NCBI GenBank assembly: GCA_037447605.1
Contig: CM074811.1
Span: forward strand, 930,001-994,000
Origin: Zygnema circumcarinatum SAG 698-1b
Lineage: Eukaryota > Plantae > Zygnematophyceae
DNA: 64,000 bases
Reading direction: 5' to 3'
Shown: piece by piece, positions 1 to 12,962 of the stretch
How the letters are laid out: every line of letters begins with the position of its first letter
How positions within the stretch are numbered: position 1 is the stretch's first letter
The notes under the pieces: model-generated
What the model was told of the DNA's origin: nothing
The model's input: only the letters and a program-made list of their open reading frames with translations
Databases searched by the model: none
Made by a program: the position numbers and the translations under genes

Positions 1-273
1 ACTATATGTCCGTGCCTTGGTCTATAATCAAGCACGTCGCCCTATGTTATTACAACCTGCAAGCTCGTGCTTCCGGTTCAAGGTACCAAAGGCTTAACAG
101 CTCGCACTAGCATGGTCTTCCGGAAGCATCCAGCTCCTTGATTTCCGATACTTAACTTGCAAATAAGGTACCCAACATTTTATAAACTTTAACTACCACA
201 GAGCACCCCAACGTGCAGCGTGCCAAACAGTAGCCCTTGGAGAAGAGGAGACAAAAAGGAGGAGATGACTTAC

Positions 274-1025
274 TCCTGCCAGTACTTCTTTAACTTTGCC
301 GCTACTTCAAACTCTTTTGCTGCAAGAGTCAAGCTCGCATTCCTTGACGTCATTTCATCCTTCCTCGTTTGGCTTTTTGTTTTAAATTCATTCTTTCCCT
401 GCTTTGGCTTGCCTCTCGCGCGCTTTACAGGCGGAGTGTGCAGAAGCTTGTCCATGACCATCTCAACCTCATCTTTACGAGCCTTCTTTTTACATGTTTC
501 TTCGCGTTGCATCTTCAGTTGTTGAAGGTCAAAATATTGGTTGACAGGACATCTCCGTTTCTTCGCATCTGGACTGCTCACAATCTGGCAATTCAGGTTT
601 GCATCGGAGCTCAATCCTGTGGAGCCCCTATTTCCGGATGCATGCTCTACGCCCTCGGCAGTCCGTGACTCGCAGCTCTGCCTCACTTCCACTTCTAGAC
701 GGAGCAACCTTTCCTCAGTCGCTCCTCCTGCTGCTGCTGCTGCATCCTCCTCTGATCGCCTCCGCTTGTAGAAGGAGCGCACTGTTACTACATTCCGTAT
801 TTTATGGCTGGCTTGACCTCCTCCTATTTCCCCAGACTTCCCTTTCCTTTTACTCAGAGACCTCGCACTTCCGTCGTTTATTTCAGTCACAACTGTTCCG
901 CTTTGACTGACTGACTCGCCGACAGTTGGAACTGTCAAAGTCTCCATCGCAGGAGGCCTCTCCTCCTCCGACTCCAGATCGCATGTTAGACAAAGCTCCG
1001 TGCTGCAGATGTTGCCGGTACACAT
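274..1025 (-). CDS. First coding exon of an unidentified, probably nuclear protein; the gene continues off the left edge
   Basis: 251-aa ORF with basic NLS-like patches (KRRRS, KKRR, KKARK). It ends at a good donor CAG GA|GTAAGT (GT at 273-272), where the apparent stop is the intron start. Start is ATG 1025 or 947. No family recognised. Confidence 0.5.
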
Positions 1026-1896
1026 GATTCAATGTAACTCTTCAAAAATAAAATATCCTCACGCAATATTCTGTTGATGCGTTGGCCCCTCAAGGCATCT
1101 ACCACACAACATCTCCCCCTTCTCTCCTCTGCATCCTCCCCTGCAATGTAGCAGCATACCTTCCTTTTTCCAAACCCTAAATTATGCCCTGCCCAACTGC
1201 TCCTCCTGCTTTCCTGCCCCTATATACTCTCTCCCTAAATATATATACACGCCCTATATACTGTGTCAGCAGCAGCAGTCCTCAAATAATTAGAAAGTAA
1301 GAAAGGGCGCCAAATATTACAGGAGGTATACAATTGAAAAGTGGCAAACAACAAAGTCACATTTTGGCTCCCTAATTGAAAAAGCCTCTTATTTTTTTGA
1401 AGTCCTCCGGCGCGAAAACTTGCCCTTTTGGCGTTCTATGTGAAAATCAAGTAGCCGTCCCGAATCTTCCGCATTTTACGGGAACGGGAGCATAGATCTC
1501 CAGTGGACCGTTTGCTAAAATCCTTTTTGAATGCCCAAATTTTTCTCAACCGCCGTCGGCGACGGAATTTGTTTTTGATTTATATGGCCAATCACAACAT
1601 GTCACGTGAGAAATTTTTCCACGTGTTTGTCTCCTATTGGCTGTACACCTGAAATCGTACTTTTTCAGATGCCCGCCCCGAGCCGAGTCCGAGACCCGCT
1701 TCTGTACGGCGTCTGCGACCGTTTGAGTGACCGTAGAGAAAGTACATTTGAATCGTACGAATGGTGCCGTACGGCATGGGCCGTACGGTGGGCTCATGCA
1801 TATATTGAGGCCATGGAGGATGGCAGCCATGGGGGCTGAGGCTGGAAGAGGAAGGGAGGAGAGGGAGTTGGAGGGAGGGAGGGAGGGAGGCCGGCC

Positions 1897-4800
1897 ATGG
1901 CGGCCAGGGACAGCCTCAAGGAGGCCGGGAGGGTCTTTAAGGGGGAATGTACCCTCGAGAATTCTGCCGCTGACGTCATGAAGGGGGATGATGCCTTTGC
2001 AGACGCCATGGCTTGGCTGGAAAGGGGGGAGGGAGGAGATGGGGGGAGCAATAAGGGAGAAGAGGGAGGGGGGGTTGTCGAGGGAGAGGGAGAGGAGCTA
2101 GTTGGTGGAGAGGAAATTCTGCGAGGAGAGAGCTGTGATTCAGATGCTGCGTTTGAGAAGAAGGACGGGGCGCTAGGAGAAGTGTTGGACATATCGCCTT
2201 TGAGAGAGGACCTGTCTGAAGGTTTGACTCAGGATGGCTTGTCTGGGAATTATTCTGATACGAAAGAGATGTATTTGTATGACAACTCGTTTACAGTTGT
2301 ACCGGGAGATATTGGCAAATTCTACAATATGAGGGTGCTGAAACTGTTTTCAAACCAGGTATTCGCCGTTACCAAGTGCGCATGCACAGCATCTCTCAAT
2401 ATGGTTGAAGAAAGGCCGCTTCGCTCACAACTCCAATTGATTAGGGCGTGATTCTCCTGCGTATTTTTCACCTTTTCTACTCCTCTTCCCTTGTAGAAAA
2501 TCAAACTCCTAAGTGCCTTGTCATACTTATATTGCATAGTCTATTAGCGGGCTGAAATAAACTATAAATTATTAGCAAGACCTACACGAGCTGAGCAGGC
2601 CGAGGTTTGACTATGCACTGCAGGTAACTCTGCTCCCTAAGGAAGCTGGAAAACTTACCAACTTGGAACAGCTGTATGTGAAATCGGATGCCACCACTCT
2701 AGCGCAGCTGCCTTCTCTTGGTGGCATGACTTCTTTAAGGTCTCTAGAGCTCCATCAAGTTCCGGCGAGGCCCTCACATTCCGTTCTTCCGCCAGACATC
2801 AGCAAGCTCAAGCATTTGCGGAAGCTGGCTGTCTGCAATTACTCCATAACGTGAGCGAAACTCCTATCGGTCTGTTTAAGTCATTATCAGGGGTTTTTGC
2901 TTCTGTTCGTAACAGGAATGGGAAAGAAAGGCTATGACTTCTTCGCTCTGCACGCAGTATGCGGCTGCAAAAAGTGATTTCGAATCAGCTAGAGGACAGC
3001 TGTGGAAGGGTTATTACTTATAAGTTTACTTATAAGTTTGAGAGGTCCGGTTTCTGTTATGGCGTTGTTGAAAATTCTTTATCGCTACAGTTTCTTTCGT
3101 TCACGGCCCTTTCGTTCTCACCAATACCAATCCAAAGTTGCCTACTTTTTCATTGTATCCATGGACGGAGTAGGTCTTACGTAAGTGCCTAATGTCTTGT
3201 TTCTAGCGCCTTTGCAGTTCTATGCCACCAGAAATCGCGAGTCTCTCTTCCCTGGAAGAGCTGGATTTATCATTCAACTCTTTGGCAATCCTTCCCGCAG
3301 AAATCTCCAACCTGAAATCTTTAACAAGCTTGAACGTATCCAACAACAAGCTCGAATGCCTGCCTGCCGAGCTCTCCAGTCTCGCACAGCTCAGGACCCT
3401 CGATGTTGCCAGTAATTTGTTGACTTCCTTGCAGAGCCTGGTTCTGTCATCAATGACTTCCCTGACGACACTAAATGCACAGGTGCAAACCTTTCTTCTC
3501 GAGGCTATTTCAGAATAAGTTTTCTGCGGTCTTGCTTCCTTAGTGTGCTGTGCTAATGACCATCTTCTTTCGCATCTTTTCACAAGTTGCATATGCAACA
3601 ATGATGTAAGGGTTAAGGGTGATTTTTGAGACTTTTTTTCTTGACGGGGTCGTGCATGTATTGATGCTTATTTTTGTGTCTGACATTTTGCGGCATTTTG
3701 GTGTACAGAATAATAATATTGCGAAGGCTGAGGAGATCCCCCACTGGCTACAATGCAACCTGGAAGGCAACGGCTGGATAATGCTAGGCAGTGCCGGCAG
3801 TCCAGGATGCGAAAGTGACGAAGGTGGTGAAGTTTTCAATTCCTCAAAGGTCTCACCAGGTGAGACTTGATTAAGCAACTTGATTTGCTGGTGTTTCATC
3901 CTTCGCCTGATTTTTGGAACGGCAGAATCAATCAATACAATTGTGAGATTTGCCGTTTCAATCCTTTGATAGGCAGTTATTTTTCAATGCACAGTCATCC
4001 TTTCTTTCCCGATTTCCGTCGTTTGGGGCAGAGGTGCCTGTTTTAACGACTTCACGAGTTGGATGCTGTCTGTGGCCATTCATGTTGACCTTTCAGTAGG
4101 AAGGGTAAAGCCGTTTTCTCCGCCTTCAAATGCTGCGGGAGAGCAGTCGTCTAAACCACCTGGGTATTCTTTGCATAGTTTCCGTCATCAAACTAGCCAC
4201 GAACGGCTGAATATTAGCAGAGTGGCGGAAGTCGAACAAGAGCGGATTGCTGACATCAATGTAGAGAGGAGTGAAGTGCGAGAAATGGAGCTACAGGGAG
4301 TGTTGTCAAGAAAGCCCACTCGACTTAGAGCAAGCTTGAGACCATACTACCAGGCAGAAAATCAGATTGAGGAAACGTCTTGCTCGTCCTTGGATAGCAC
4401 TTCCCACAAGGACTTGCTCGGAAATGGTATGACATCCAACCACTGCAAAACAACAGACAGATTTGTCTCTGCTTAGTAGAGGCAGCTATGCTACAATGTG
4501 CTTCAATTCTATTTAAATGAAACATGTGTGTAATGTGCAGCGGACAGAGTCTTAGTGACAGCGTGGAAGCTGGTTGTTTTTAATCCTCCAAACGCAGGTT
4601 GTGTGCTGTATATGTAGTTTAAAAGACTGGGTTGTAACATAGGAGACACAGTTACAGGGGCAGTCATACTAATAAGCTATCTGCAAACGCATTGGATCTG
4701 ATGCAGGTTTAGTCACACGGCTTGGGAGGCGGCAGAGTCATGGAGTTGATATCAGTACGAAATCTAGTAAACGGCGCCGTTGGGTTGTAAGCAATTGCGA

Positions 4801-7800
4801 CATTTCATACAAGTACTACAGGGAGTCATTTTGTGGATTTGAAGATCGACTGCAGGACGGTTTCTATGATGCTGGTCGCCTTCTACCATTCAAAACGTTG
4901 GAGGAATTTGAAAAAGAGGAGATAGTTCTTGAGAAACGAGAAGTCATTGTTGTTGACAGGTGAGCCAGGAAACCTTGCTTGTACTCATTATTGTTGTTTT
5001 AAGGTTTTTCGCCTGACGTGAGAAGAGAAAAGCAATGAAGCAAATGAAACGGACTTGTCTTTGTCTTGTAATATGTTCGTTGAGATGCTTGTTTTGTCTT
5101 AATTGCATTGGAGTGTAAGCTCCATGCTCAGCATAAGGGTGGTGGCCTTAGATCCTGTGCAGGTGCTTTTTATTGTGGTATGGAATCTGGCGTTTCATGA
5201 GAATGTTTCCAGGTATTTGGCTATGCAAATAGGGGTCGGCATACTAGCCAACTAGAAATAGAAAGTGCCTTGAAATCCTTTCGGTTGTCTGTCGATGGTT
5301 GGTTAATCGCATTGAAAATTGACAAGCCTTGAAGTGAACGAGCTCCCATATTGTTAACATAGTACCGTCCCTCGCCATACTGTCACAGACGAAAGGTCGT
5401 ACTAAAACTGTATACAAGGGCGCTTAAACTTCTGTTGCAGATCTCGAGATGAGGACCTTGACATAATTACATCCTCAGCGATGCATCTTTTGCGTGGAGG
5501 TCAACGTAAGGGCACAGGTGACCAGACTATGGATGTCAAACAACGAGCTATGATGCTTTCACTGTTTGTTTCTGAATGTTTTGGAGGCAGCGACAAAAGC
5601 CTCAATACGACATGCGCCCGTTTGGCTGCACTTGGAAGAGCCCCGAGGGAAACGTATGCTACAAATGAAAAAAAGGTTGCCTCCTCGCTGAAGGTCCTTC
5701 CTGGGTGTACTTGCGGAGCTACTATGAAAGATTTTATTCCAAGAATGTTTACTGCAGGGCGTGGGCCCGGTGTACAACGCAATTTGAAGGACCTCTGTGA
5801 ACAAACTTTAAGAATGTTGAAGGCGCAGTTTGGTTCGAACGTGATCCCAATTGGTGCTTTACCCTATGGGATTTGCAGGCACCGAGCCATCTTATTCAAG
5901 GTAGCTCTCCTTTGAATATTTCTCTATTCACATGCATCCAGCTTTTTATGCCAGTGCCATAAGAAACATACCTTAGTCAAATCCTAGTATCAAGTTACGG
6001 GAGGACGAATGCCATAAGTTGTCAGTTGTCTCATTGTTTTCAACTCAGAAGTCCGCTTGCGCCGCTTGCGGACTGCTTCAGATGTAACTATCTAGTCTGC
6101 GGTATTTGTCCACAGAGTAGACGCCGAGGAGACAGTTCCGGCTTATTTGGTTCGGAGATCCTTGCTGGCCAAAATCATCTTGAACTTACTGTTTCTCTTC
6201 TGTTTCTTGCAGTATTTGTGTGATCGAGCCGAACCCGTGATTCCATGTGAGTTGGTACGAGGCTACTTGGAAAATGAGCCACACGCTTGGAATGTAGTTT
6301 TGGCAGATACTCCATCTGGCAGTGTTCGGTACATTGTGGATGCCTGCACTCCGCTTGACATGGAGCGAGAAGACGATCCGGCTTGCATGGCAAGGTAAGT
6401 GTGTTGGCAGCTATTCTGCTTGCTGAAGCTATGTGTAGGTCTGGTCATAGACTTACACAATGAAGCACTCTGTGTTTTTCGTCAAGTCTCTCTCTTTCAG
6501 TCGTAGTATTTCATCATCAAAACCATGTTCGTAAAGTTCGTATCCATCATAGGCAGTACTATTGACATGCCTGAGCTGAACATATGGAGAGCTTGTGTGG
6601 TAATGGTGCAGACATCTCCCTCTGAGGAGTATCAACTTGCCGCGGTATGTTGCTGAAGGGTTTTCAGACGGCCATTTCCCTGTCCCAGTCATGCATGAGG
6701 AGATTGGGAGAGGGGCATCTGGAGCAGTGGTGTATCGGTGCTCTATAGGCGATTTTACTCTAGCAGCGAAGGCAAGTGATCCAACAAGGGCCCTTAAACT
6801 AGGAGGTTTATCACTTTGAACGTGGCCTGTCTCGGCTCAAAGGGATGTTCAATTCGGCAGTGGTCTGATGAGAGTCTGTCTGTAGGGATTTGCAAACGCT
6901 TGAAGTCAAGACATTTGGAGGAGTTATTGCATTAAGCATGGCATTCAGACTAGCAAATGCATTTCCAGGACAGAGGTAGATTAAGATGAGGTCATTAGGA
7001 AGGCATCTGCAATGAAGGGCTTAACTCTTCCGCTAAGGGAAAAGTTAATGATACTTTCTCTGTCCGGAACACCCTGTCTTTTGTCGTCGTGGGGGCGTGC
7101 TGTACGTCTTGACTTCTGTCATTTGTTATGTGTATCCATGCCCAACTTTGATTGCCAACACTTTTGTGCATGCAAATAACAGTGTCTACCGGCTGCAGGT
7201 GACACATTTAAGTCCTACTGAGGCTCAGCGAGGGGGTTGGGCTGCCCCATTATATGAAGTCCGCATGCTTCGCAGTCTTCCGCGCCATTCATCTTTAATG
7301 AAATTCTATGGCCATTCTTTGGCAATTATTCCTGCGAAACCACCTGTGGCGGGGAATGTTGCCCAAGAATTGACAGTTTTTACCGAGTATGTTCCAGGGG
7401 GTTCATTGGAGGTGCGCGTTTCTGAAGCCACTTTTTGGGACTGATTTAATGCTTGTTGTTGCCATATTTACCTATTGTTCCTGGTCTGCATGCATGTTTT
7501 TGTATTGTAAAGAGTCTTCACTAGCTGTTGTTGGTCACTATTTAGGGTAGGCTCGCAGAACTGGATTTGCGCAGGAGCTCGTTAGTTAAGGAACAGGTAT
7601 CCAAAGCTTAACCTGTGTTATTTTGGAGCATTTTAGAATGTAGAGCTTATCCTACATTGTTTCTCTGACCCGGACTTGCTTATTTCACAGTACAAGTGTA
7701 CCTCTATTCATGTACTGAGTATCTGCTTTCCGAAATCGGATCTTACTGCCTTTCACGTTGTTTGCCTAATACAATCCCAATGCTGTAAACTGCAGGGCTT

Positions 7801-9525
7801 GCTATTCCGTGAAAAGGAGGCCGGTCTTCAGGCCCTTCCTCTGCCTCTGGCAGTGCATGTGGCTAGAGAAGTGGCCCAGGGACTAGTGGTTCTTCACCAG
7901 CAGGACATCATACATCGAGATATCAAGAGCAGCAATATTCTGGTGGACTGGTGGGAAGGTGATAATCAGCCACCAGTGAAGATATGCGACTTCAGCAGCG
8001 CGATATCGGCCTTTGCATCCCGCCAACATACCTGCGGAGTGATTGCTTTGGGAGCCCCTCCAGCAGATCAATGCGTTGGAACTCCTCGTTGGATGGCCCC
8101 GGAGGTGGTCCGATCTTCGTATAGTGTCTATCGATATGGAATGGTAAGCTATTTATGTGCACTGAAGAAGAGGAAGAAAAAGAAAAGAAAGTAAAGACAG
8201 GAGGAGAATGTTCCTACAGCTCGTGTCATGCTTGCCAAAAACACGTGTTATCTGTGAATCTGCATTCAAGACCATTTTAGAGCTGCCCGTTTTTTTAGTC
8301 TCGAAGTTGTTTAATCGTCCTATCCTTGTTCTAACGGAAGAATTCCTGATATAGTTCCTCAAGAATTGTGCTTTGTCGCAAGGTAATTGCCACAGCATTG
8401 ATGTTTTAGAGGAACCCTTTTAGTGCTGTGTCTAGGCCTACTTGGCGGCTGACATGGTATTGTGAGATTTTGGGGGGGCTTGAAATTCCAACAGGAAGCG
8501 GACATCTGGTCTTTTGGCTGCGTACTTTTGGAACTTCTTACTTTAGAGCCTCCTTATGCGTATTTTTCAGATCAGGAGTTGTTTGCGCGCATTCAGGTGG
8601 GCTCCCTCTGGTTTCCTCCCGCTTTTTTGGAATTTGAGGGGAAACCTCTGCTGTGTTCAATGATGTCTAGAATGCTTTTATCACTTGTAGCAGGATTTAC
8701 GTTTAGGCATGGTTCTCCAATGTCCTGAATTGCAGAAAGTTGTCTGGGAAGGAACGTGTGTAGGAGATAATTGATGAATAAATGTTGGTGCTATTTGGTT
8801 CGGGATGCGTTCGTCGGACGCTCCTCCTTCCTTCTCTCTCCGCTGCTCTCCACTCTTGCTCTCGCTCGTTCTCTCTCTCACTCCCCCTTCACCTTCGTCT
8901 CCCTTCTCCCTCTCCCTCTCCCGCTCCCTCCCCTATCCCATTATCTCATCCATGCCAGTTTCCTGTTGTGATGCAGATGGCTGCCCCCCCCCGTCTGCCT
9001 CCTCACCTGAAGCAGCTCCTTTCCTCCCCCCACTGCTCTGCCAATGAAACCCATGTCTCAAAAGAGACCCAAGTCCTTCAGGCCCTTCTGAAAATCTTTA
9101 TGCAGTGCACGGAGATCAACCCCAAGGATAGACCCACAGCAGAGGCAGTAGCGAAGGAACTTTCAGTATGTGCCGAAATTCTCTCTCCTCCCTCCTACAG
9201 CAGTGAGAGCGACGCAAGCGAAGTGATCGATTCTGAAGTCACCAGTGAAGAAGTGGAGTCCCAAACAGTGGCGAAGGCTGCTGCTGAGGTGGTGGGTGTG
9301 GGAGACGTTAGCTCGGAGAGCCTAAGGAACTCCTCCCGCTCCCTCCCGATCTCTAGCTCTCCCCTACCAAAGGGCGAGTCTGCTTCCGGCTTCAAGCTCT
9401 CTCTTGTAGTGTGTCCCGGCCGACCCCCTTTGAGTGAAGGAGGGGAGGAGGGAGTGGAAGCCGTGGATAGCTCTCAGACGGCCCTTCCTGAGGATCATCC
9501 CTCGGAAGATCAGGATTTGTCGTAG
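1897..9525 (+). CDS. LRR + EDR1-domain + Raf-like protein kinase (Arabidopsis At1g04210-like), multi-exon
   Basis: Spliced LRR exons 1897-2358, 2624-2850 and 3218-3482 (LYLYDNSFTVVPGDIG; LAVCNYSITSMPPEIASLSSLEELDLSFNSL). EDR1-type motifs GICRHRAILFK and CELVRGYLENEPHAWNVV. Kinase motifs EIGRGASGAVVY..AAK|V, HRDIKSSNIL, KICDFS, GTPRWMAPEV, ADIWSFGC. Last exon ends at TAG 9525. GT/GC-AG boundaries keep frame where checked. Confidence 0.9.
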
Positions 9526-11179
9526 CCAGTAGGTTGATGATCACATCACAAGGATGAGGAAGAGAGAGAGAAGCAGAGAAGAGACAGAGACAGAGACTGA
9601 GTCAGAGAGAGAGAGAGAGCGAGAGAAGTGATTGAAAGAAGGGAAGAGAGTGGGAGAACTTGTAGCGATTAATTTGGCATTCCAGAATCATACGCAGGAT
9701 GTAAAGACTATGTAGTGCTACCAAGGTTTTTTCGTTCAGTTTGTGTCTTTTTTTACTTTCCCTTCTCCTTTTTTTCCCGTCACCCCCCCCCCCCCCCCCC
9801 NNNNNNNNNNCCCCCCCCCCCCCCCCCCCCCCCCCGTTTCCGAAGTCGGCTCAGAAGTCTTTATGTTGAACATTCTTCATGGCCGTAGCAGCATATTGGG
9901 GCATTTTCATTCTTTAAAATGAGAAAGGAGCCATTCATTGTTCACACGTCGTTCGGTGAGTGTAAATTGTCTGATGGCTCTTGGCAGCGTAGGGAAGTTC
10001 AAACGAAGCCAAATTTAACCTTTAGTTACATTTTGCATGATAGTACGATGTGAAGTGTTCTTTTATAGTATATTTTATTCAAGTGCTTATGGTTTGGACC
10101 TCGGCCCTCGTTACGACACTACTACATTGCATGCTAACAAGGATTGGACGGTTTCACATTATTCTTGACTAGAACAAGCCTTGCAGAGAGACGAGCAATC
10201 ATCTAAAGGGTAAGAAAAATAACACATCAAACCAACGCAGACCAGACAACCTTTATCACTCATGCGGATGAAAATTCGAGAATTTTGAATTCATTCAGCT
10301 GACATGTTGCTTACAGCGAATTTGTGGCGCCAAAGTGCCACATAGGCCAAAATCATACTGACATTACAAATTGCACTGTTGACTGAGATACATCTACATT
10401 TCTAAGTACTTTAAAAAATCCATGCTTCATGCAGCGCAACAGCATCCCTCCATCTCTTCAAAAGGATCAGTTGCAGGGCCAAACTGAAAGGTCCATCCTC
10501 CGTTGTAGCTGAAGTACACGGATTTCTGAAAATGTGACTACATCATAAATGCACGTGAACTGAACTGCCCGATTCACCTGCAATTCCATCAACGATAGCC
10601 ATCTGCTTCAGTTATTAAGTGATAGATCATCAGAGTGAAGCCTGTGCTAAACGAAGAAATCTAGCTGATCAGCTAATATGCGTAAGGATTCCTTTCAAAT
10701 GCCAGTTCTCAAGCGCTTCGTCAACATCGAGCCAAAAGGGAAGCTCGTCACTCAAGATAGGACTGGATGCAGAGCCACGAGACGATTTTACATCCTCTTT
10801 AATCAATGAGGTTCAACATTAAGACATTTTTCAGTTTAATCTGTTAGAATGATCGCCTCATTAAGCCTGCAAGAGCTGTAGGAGCACCACTACTAAGCTC
10901 ATCAGCGTAGCTCCACAGCTTTCCACAATTTATGAAGACATGGCAGGCAGAGAGTAAAACTGAGAAGCCACTCCCTGCCCGCAGAGAGTGTCCTTTTTAT
11001 TTTATTTGTCTCAATACGGTAGCGAATACAACTTTTACAAGACATGTTCTTTAGGAATATAGGACAGCGGCGAGGAACGCTGCAAGTTCACCTCACAAAG
11101 ATTATGCCCAAGGCCGAAAAAGCAACACAGCATGTACATAGAAAGGGAAGAAGGCAAGAATGGCAGGTATTCGCCATAC

Positions 11180-11464
11180 CGATGTGCGTTAGGGTTCACG
11201 AAGGGAGACTTCTGCGCTTCCTTAGCTGCAAAAACCAAACGAAAAATGACACATGTGAGGAACCCTCACAGGAATCGCAAGAAAAAAGAGGGCGTAATCA
11301 CCGCGACCTCTTGCAACAACCTCCTGAAGGAATGTCGGCTTACGATCGAGTCCGAGAGAGAGCTTCGCCACGACTCCCAGCGTGACAGCGAAACCCACAA
11401 CAAAGGGCCAGTTCCTCCTCGCTTCAGAGAGCGCCACCTGGCTGAGAGGCCTTCCGATCGGCAT
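11180..11464 (-). CDS. Plant-type mitochondrial ATP synthase 6 kDa subunit (exons 1-2; last short exon not resolved)
   Basis: Exon 11344-11464 plus exon 11180-11225 give MPIGRPLSQVALSEARRNWPFVVGFAVTLGVVAKLSLGLDPKEAQKSPFVNPNAHR. This matches the plant 6-kDa subunit pattern (R.WPF..GFAVT....KL..GL..E.AK.S.FV). Canonical GT-AG intron 11226-11343. Confidence 0.75.
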
Positions 11465-11834
11465 GGCTGCACAGGGCAGGCGGCAACTCCCTCCTCTTCC
11501 CTCTCCAATTTTAGGGTTGGCGCTCGGCAGAATGCAGGAGACGGAGCAACAGCCGACAGCTGGGAGGGACCAAGGCACTAAAAAGGGCCATAGGGAGACA
11601 TCATCCAGTCACGACATGCCATGTGTACAATAAGTACACGTGGTGGACCGTCATTGGATAATGTTGAAGTATGGCTCGCTTGCAGCTCTGCGACGCTTCC
11701 ATGTGAGATAGTTGCATAACGCGTGTCTGAATTTGGGTGCTTTGAGAGGTTCTATTTGGTTCAACTTTGCTGATGCAATTGGACGGTTTACATTCAACTG
11801 TTGCAACGCAGTTGAATGAGTTCGTTTAGGAGTT

Positions 11835-12125
11835 TGCAAATTTGCACAGCTCGGACCATTGGGTCGGCAACCATTGCCATCCAATCAATGGTTGCGACCA
11901 TTGCCAATGGTTAGTCCGAATCCAATGGTTCGGAACCATTGGCGATGGTTGCTCGGGTGGCGGATCAATGGTTCGCAATTGGCAGTGGTTGGCTGGGCAG
12001 GGATCAATGATTCTGACCTTTGGCAATGGTTCTATGGGCCGGGAATCAATCGACCATTGGCAATGGTTGGCTGGCTCGCGATCTAGTGGTTTTTTCTTCA
12101 ATGGTTGATCTTATGGTCCGACCTT
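11835..12125. repeat. Array of degenerate palindromes (ACCATTGGCAATGGT core) with TTTGCACAGCTCGGACCA-type end; MITE-like
   Basis: Many CCATTG/CAATGG units are read directly. Related arrays occur at 53175-53780 and 60930-61052. Confidence 0.7.
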
Positions 12126-12962
12126 TGCAGCTTCCCCAACGGTCCTAGCCATGCGCGAGGTCAAGGCCGATCCATTAATTCTTTCGCCATCCCTAGGCCA
12201 TGTGGCGGTTGTTGTTGTCCATGCCCATGCGTGAGACCAATGCCAAATCCATTACTAATAGGACTCCGACAACACGCTTCGAAGTGTCCAGTATTTCGAA
12301 AGAGTATTTCCAATATCACTTTTGCCAACTATTCCTTACGAATCATGTACTGATTTCGAACTTCATATTTTGACAAGATCAAGATTGACAAGACAGTATC
12401 ATAAGATGACAACATGACATGACATTCCGAGTTTGCGGCCTCGTGGTTCCCCATGATGATGTTGTCAATGTACATTTGATGGCATCATCGCCATCGTGAG
12501 ATCAATGCCACTTCCATCCCCATTCCGCATACATACATACATAACATACATACATCCGTACACAGGCCGTACGGTGCATAAGGCACGCTCCTGGCTTTTG
12601 AGGAGAGCCAGGCCCCTCGAGCCAAGCTCGGCGGCTTCAAGCTTGAGTCTAAGCCTGAGCCTGGCAGCTGGCAGGGGAGGGAGGCCGCACAGGGAAACCG
12701 TGGGAGGGCCTGGCGCACTGTATCTTGCAGCTTGTATTTGTGTTTTAAAGGAAGAGGTGAATCTGTGACGGAGGCAAAGGCATACGCCGAAAAAGTTGGG
12801 CGCATTGGTTTTCAGGAAGCTGTAATTTTCATCGTTCTTGAATGCGGCGGAATAAGCTGTTGGTGTGTTGATCTTACTCCGGGGCATCAGCTGCAGCTTT
12901 TGTTGCAGTATTTCGTCCGGTAAATGATTGCACGTTTAAAGTCTTCATTTGAGCCCGGAAAA

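Noticed and set aside
274-1025. TGS1 (trimethylguanosine synthase) identity suggested by KLKKYWQ
   Set aside because: The expected KYW.QRY motif is not matched (the splice gives QE or QD), and the rest of the gene lies outside the window.
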